Translations under genes and position numbers: made by a program
Shown here: positions 62,063 to 64,000 of the stretch, piece after piece
How positions within the stretch are numbered: the first letter of the stretch is position 1
How the letters are laid out: each line of letters begins with the position of its first letter
Notes under the pieces: generated by a model
What the model was told of the DNA's origin: nothing
Database searches by the model: none
What the model saw: the letters and a program-made list of their open reading frames with translations, nothing else
Assembly: GCA_963718875.1 (NCBI GenBank)
Contig: OY970378.1
Span: forward strand, 324,396-388,395
Length of the DNA: 64,000 nt
Origin: Candidatus Parcubacteria bacterium
GTDB taxonomy: Bacteria; Patescibacteriota; Saccharimonadia; UBA4664; JBIOIQ01
Direction of reading: 5' to 3'

Positions 62063-64000
62063 GGTAGTGGCGCACTGATTAACTTGCCCCTAGTGAGAGC
62101 ATAGAGAGTGGTTGAGCTGGAATCAACCGTAACTGAATAAACGGGTGTAGAGTCTAGGGTAACTTGATCACCCATTATGAGTGCATCGGGAGTGGATTCA
62201 AACAGGACAAGTTGGAGTGATTTTGAATCAATGGCAATTAGTCTGTCCCCGTTGCCGATTGAGCGCAAATGAGTGGGGTTTATGAAGTTTTGAGGTAGGG
62301 GCGCTAAAGATTCATCAAGTACACCGGCTACAAATCTGCGTATACCGCTTTTGCCTCCCATAAGATAAATCGAGCCGTCTATGGCTATAGTGGTTGTGTC
62401 CTTGATCGTACTAGCGTCAGTGAAATAGTCGACTGGCGCGGTAAAGCCAGCTGAGGTCGGTGAAAATTTATACAATTGGCTTGAGTCGTGGGCCAGGACA
62501 TAAAGATTGCCGTTATAACTAGCTAAGGCTTTCCCGCGGGGCCAATCGCCAAAGCTTAGGCTTTGTTCAGATATTGTGCCATCTATGGCTTTATAGAACC
62601 ATACAGAAGGTTTGTCGGTAAGGACATATATTCCGCTATTATCGCTGCTGGGAGTTGTGGCTACTACACGGCCAAAACCAGTGGGGGTTTTAGGGCTGGT
62701 AGATACCGTCTTAGCCGTTAGGTCGTAGACATAAAACGATGAGTTGCCTTGTCCGTCAGCCATGATTAGCTTGGTTCCTACTAGTTCAAGGAAAGTTGGC
62801 TTAGTGTTTTTGAGCTTAGTCAAGTCGGCTAAGACGGTGGATTTAAGTTTTGCAACATTATTCAATTTATCTAAGAGTGTGGTTATTTGACTCTCTAAAG
62901 CTGAGATAGAAGTTGGCTCAGCTTCGAGGTGAGAGCGAGATGATAGGGTCGAGGAAAAGGCGGCTTCGTTAACAGTGCCCTTGAGTGAGGATAGCTGAGA
63001 ATTTGCCCTAGACAAGACCTTACTAGCGCCGTCTTTATCTCCGCTAGCGGCCATAGTTTGCGCTTTGGCATAGTCTTGATAAATGCTATGGAAGATGGCG
63101 ATTTTTTGCGATTGAGTTTGGTTTAGGCTGCGTCTAGCTCCTAGGGATATTATTATAATAATAATTGTGAGGACTACTCCAATAAGCTGAAGTTGGCCAC
63201 CTTTGGTGTGGAGACGGCTGCGAATGGCGCCTGCTGCTTGGTGTCCGAGGTTGTTCATTTTTGGAACAACGTGGTTTTTGGCTTGCTCTGCAGCCTTGGT
63301 GCTAAGGCTCTTTGAAGAATTAAGGATGCTACGAGCAGCTGGAGAGGCGATAGCTTTGGCAATTTCAAGCGGTTTGTCAGGTTGACCAACTGCAATGGAT
63401 TCGGGTTGGTCGCTCTGGACTTGTTGTGCCAGAAGTTCTGCTGTAGTGAGCTCCACTATAATGAGTGCGACTCGGCTAGCTTCGTCGCTATCATTTATAA
63501 GCTCAGATAGCTTTTGGATCCCGCTGCTAGCGGTGTTGTCTTTTAAAATGGACTTTAATTGGGTTCGTAACACTTGGTGAAAGAACGCTGGGGTGGCTAT
63601 TACAAGTCGGTCGTGTAGCTGTAACTGACCGGTGGCGATATTTGCAAATGTGTTGATGGGTCGTTGTTGCGATTTGTTGTGCAGATCGGCAGTGACGTGA
63701 CTAGTGATGTTGCCACGATATAGATAAGCTTCAGCAGAACCGGTTTGGCTGATGTGTATCTCGTCACTTACGATAACTGCAATTACTGCACTCATCCTGC
63801 CAACCCAACTAGCGTTTCCTTTGTTGGTGTACTCAGCTAGGGCTTGGTTTGTGGCTTTAACAGCTTGCTCAAAGCGTTCAAGCGGCGTATTTTGATCATC
63901 TGATAAGTTATAAAAATGGTTTCCGAGCGTTTCTATTACTAAGTCGGCTACTGTCTCGGCTTGCTTGGGATTGGTTAAAACTTCGATTGCAACATAAAGA
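62059..64000 (-). CDS. PP2C-like Ser/Thr phosphatase domain fused to a TM helix and a large extracytoplasmic beta-rich domain (5' end beyond window)
   Basis: The frame stays open upstream of the listed ATG at 63795 to the window edge (… LYVAIEVLTNPKQAETVADLVIETLGNHFYNLSDDQNTPLERFEQAVKATNQALAEYTNKGNASWVGRMSAVIAV … TGSAEAYLYRG), consistent with PP2C. It is followed by TM (LIGVVLTIIIIIISL) and a Ser/Thr-rich repetitive C-terminal domain. Confidence 0.5.
   Translation of the reverse strand, partial: LYVAIEVLTNPKQAETVADLVIETLGNHFYNLSDDQNTPLERFEQAVKATNQALAEYTNKGNASWVGRMSAVIAVIVSDEIHISQTGSAEAYLYRGNITSHVTADLHNKSQQRPINTFANIATGQLQLHDRLVIATPAFFHQVLRTQLKSILKDNTASSGIQKLSELINDSDEASRVALIIVELTTAELLAQQVQSDQPESIAVGQPDKPLEIAKAIASPAARSILNSSKSLSTKAAEQAKNHVVPKMNNLGHQAAGAIRSRLHTKGGQLQLIGVVLTIIIIIISLGARRSLNQTQSQKIAIFHSIYQDYAKAQTMAASGDKDGASKVLSRANSQLSSLKGTVNEAAFSSTLSSRSHLEAEPTSISALESQITTLLDKLNNVAKLKSTVLADLTKLKNTKPTFLELVGTKLIMADGQGNSSFYVYDLTAKTVSTSPKTPTGFGRVVATTPSSDNSGIYVLTDKPSVWFYKAIDGTISEQSLSFGDWPRGKALASYNGNLYVLAHDSSQLYKFSPTSAGFTAPVDYFTDASTIKDTTTIAIDGSIYLMGGKSGIRRFVAGVLDESLAPLPQNFINPTHLRSIGNGDRLIAIDSKSLQLVLFESTPDALIMGDQVTLDSTPVYSVTVDSSSTTLYALTRGKLISAPLP

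Overview
This is a 64 kb chromosomal window from a moderately AT-rich bacterium (roughly 45-48% GC, estimated by eye) with a Gram-positive-type cell envelope toolkit. Coding density is high on both strands.

Housekeeping genes I recognise:
- thrS, argS, miaA, rnhA, rdgB, galT, trehalase, an M50 protease and an FKBP PPIase.
- An infC-rpmI-rplT operon and rpmB.
- The lipid II amidation pair murT/gatD.

Envelope and surface genes:
- A WbaP-type initiating sugar transferase and three GT4 glycosyltransferases.
- A PilB/GspE pilus ATPase, an S8 protease, an L,D-transpeptidase, a CHAP peptidase and a bactofilin.

There are many small regulators: three TrmB-family, two PadR, two tandem CdaR, an XRE and a winged-HTH protein. 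A RHH/PIN toxin-antitoxin pair is also present.

RNA genes not visible in the ORF track:
- two tRNA-Val and one tRNA-Pro.
- RNase P RNA on the minus strand at about 25.3-25.7 kb.
- tmRNA (ssrA) at 43.34-43.72 kb. Its partner smpB is also in the window.

Features that stand out:
1. A tRNA-Pro-adjacent run of gene units separated by four copies of a 19-bp perfect palindrome (21.1-24.8 kb). One unit carries an AadA/Lnu-like nucleotidyltransferase.
2. At least five short coding islands of sharply elevated GC (about 60-67%). These are an SDR, a membrane protein, a cold-shock-like protein, a tautomerase-like protein and an Flp pilin locus. They point to acquisition from a high-GC donor.
3. Four families of short dispersed intergenic repeats, two palindromic and two hairpin or module-like.
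4. infC initiating at an ATC codon behind a strong Shine-Dalgarno sequence.
5. A roughly 52-nt near-identical segment shared by the 5' coding ends of thrS and the gene upstream.

The gene content and the high-GC islands would fit an epibiont of Actinobacteria such as a Saccharibacteria (TM7)-like organism. That is an inference, not something the sequence proves.
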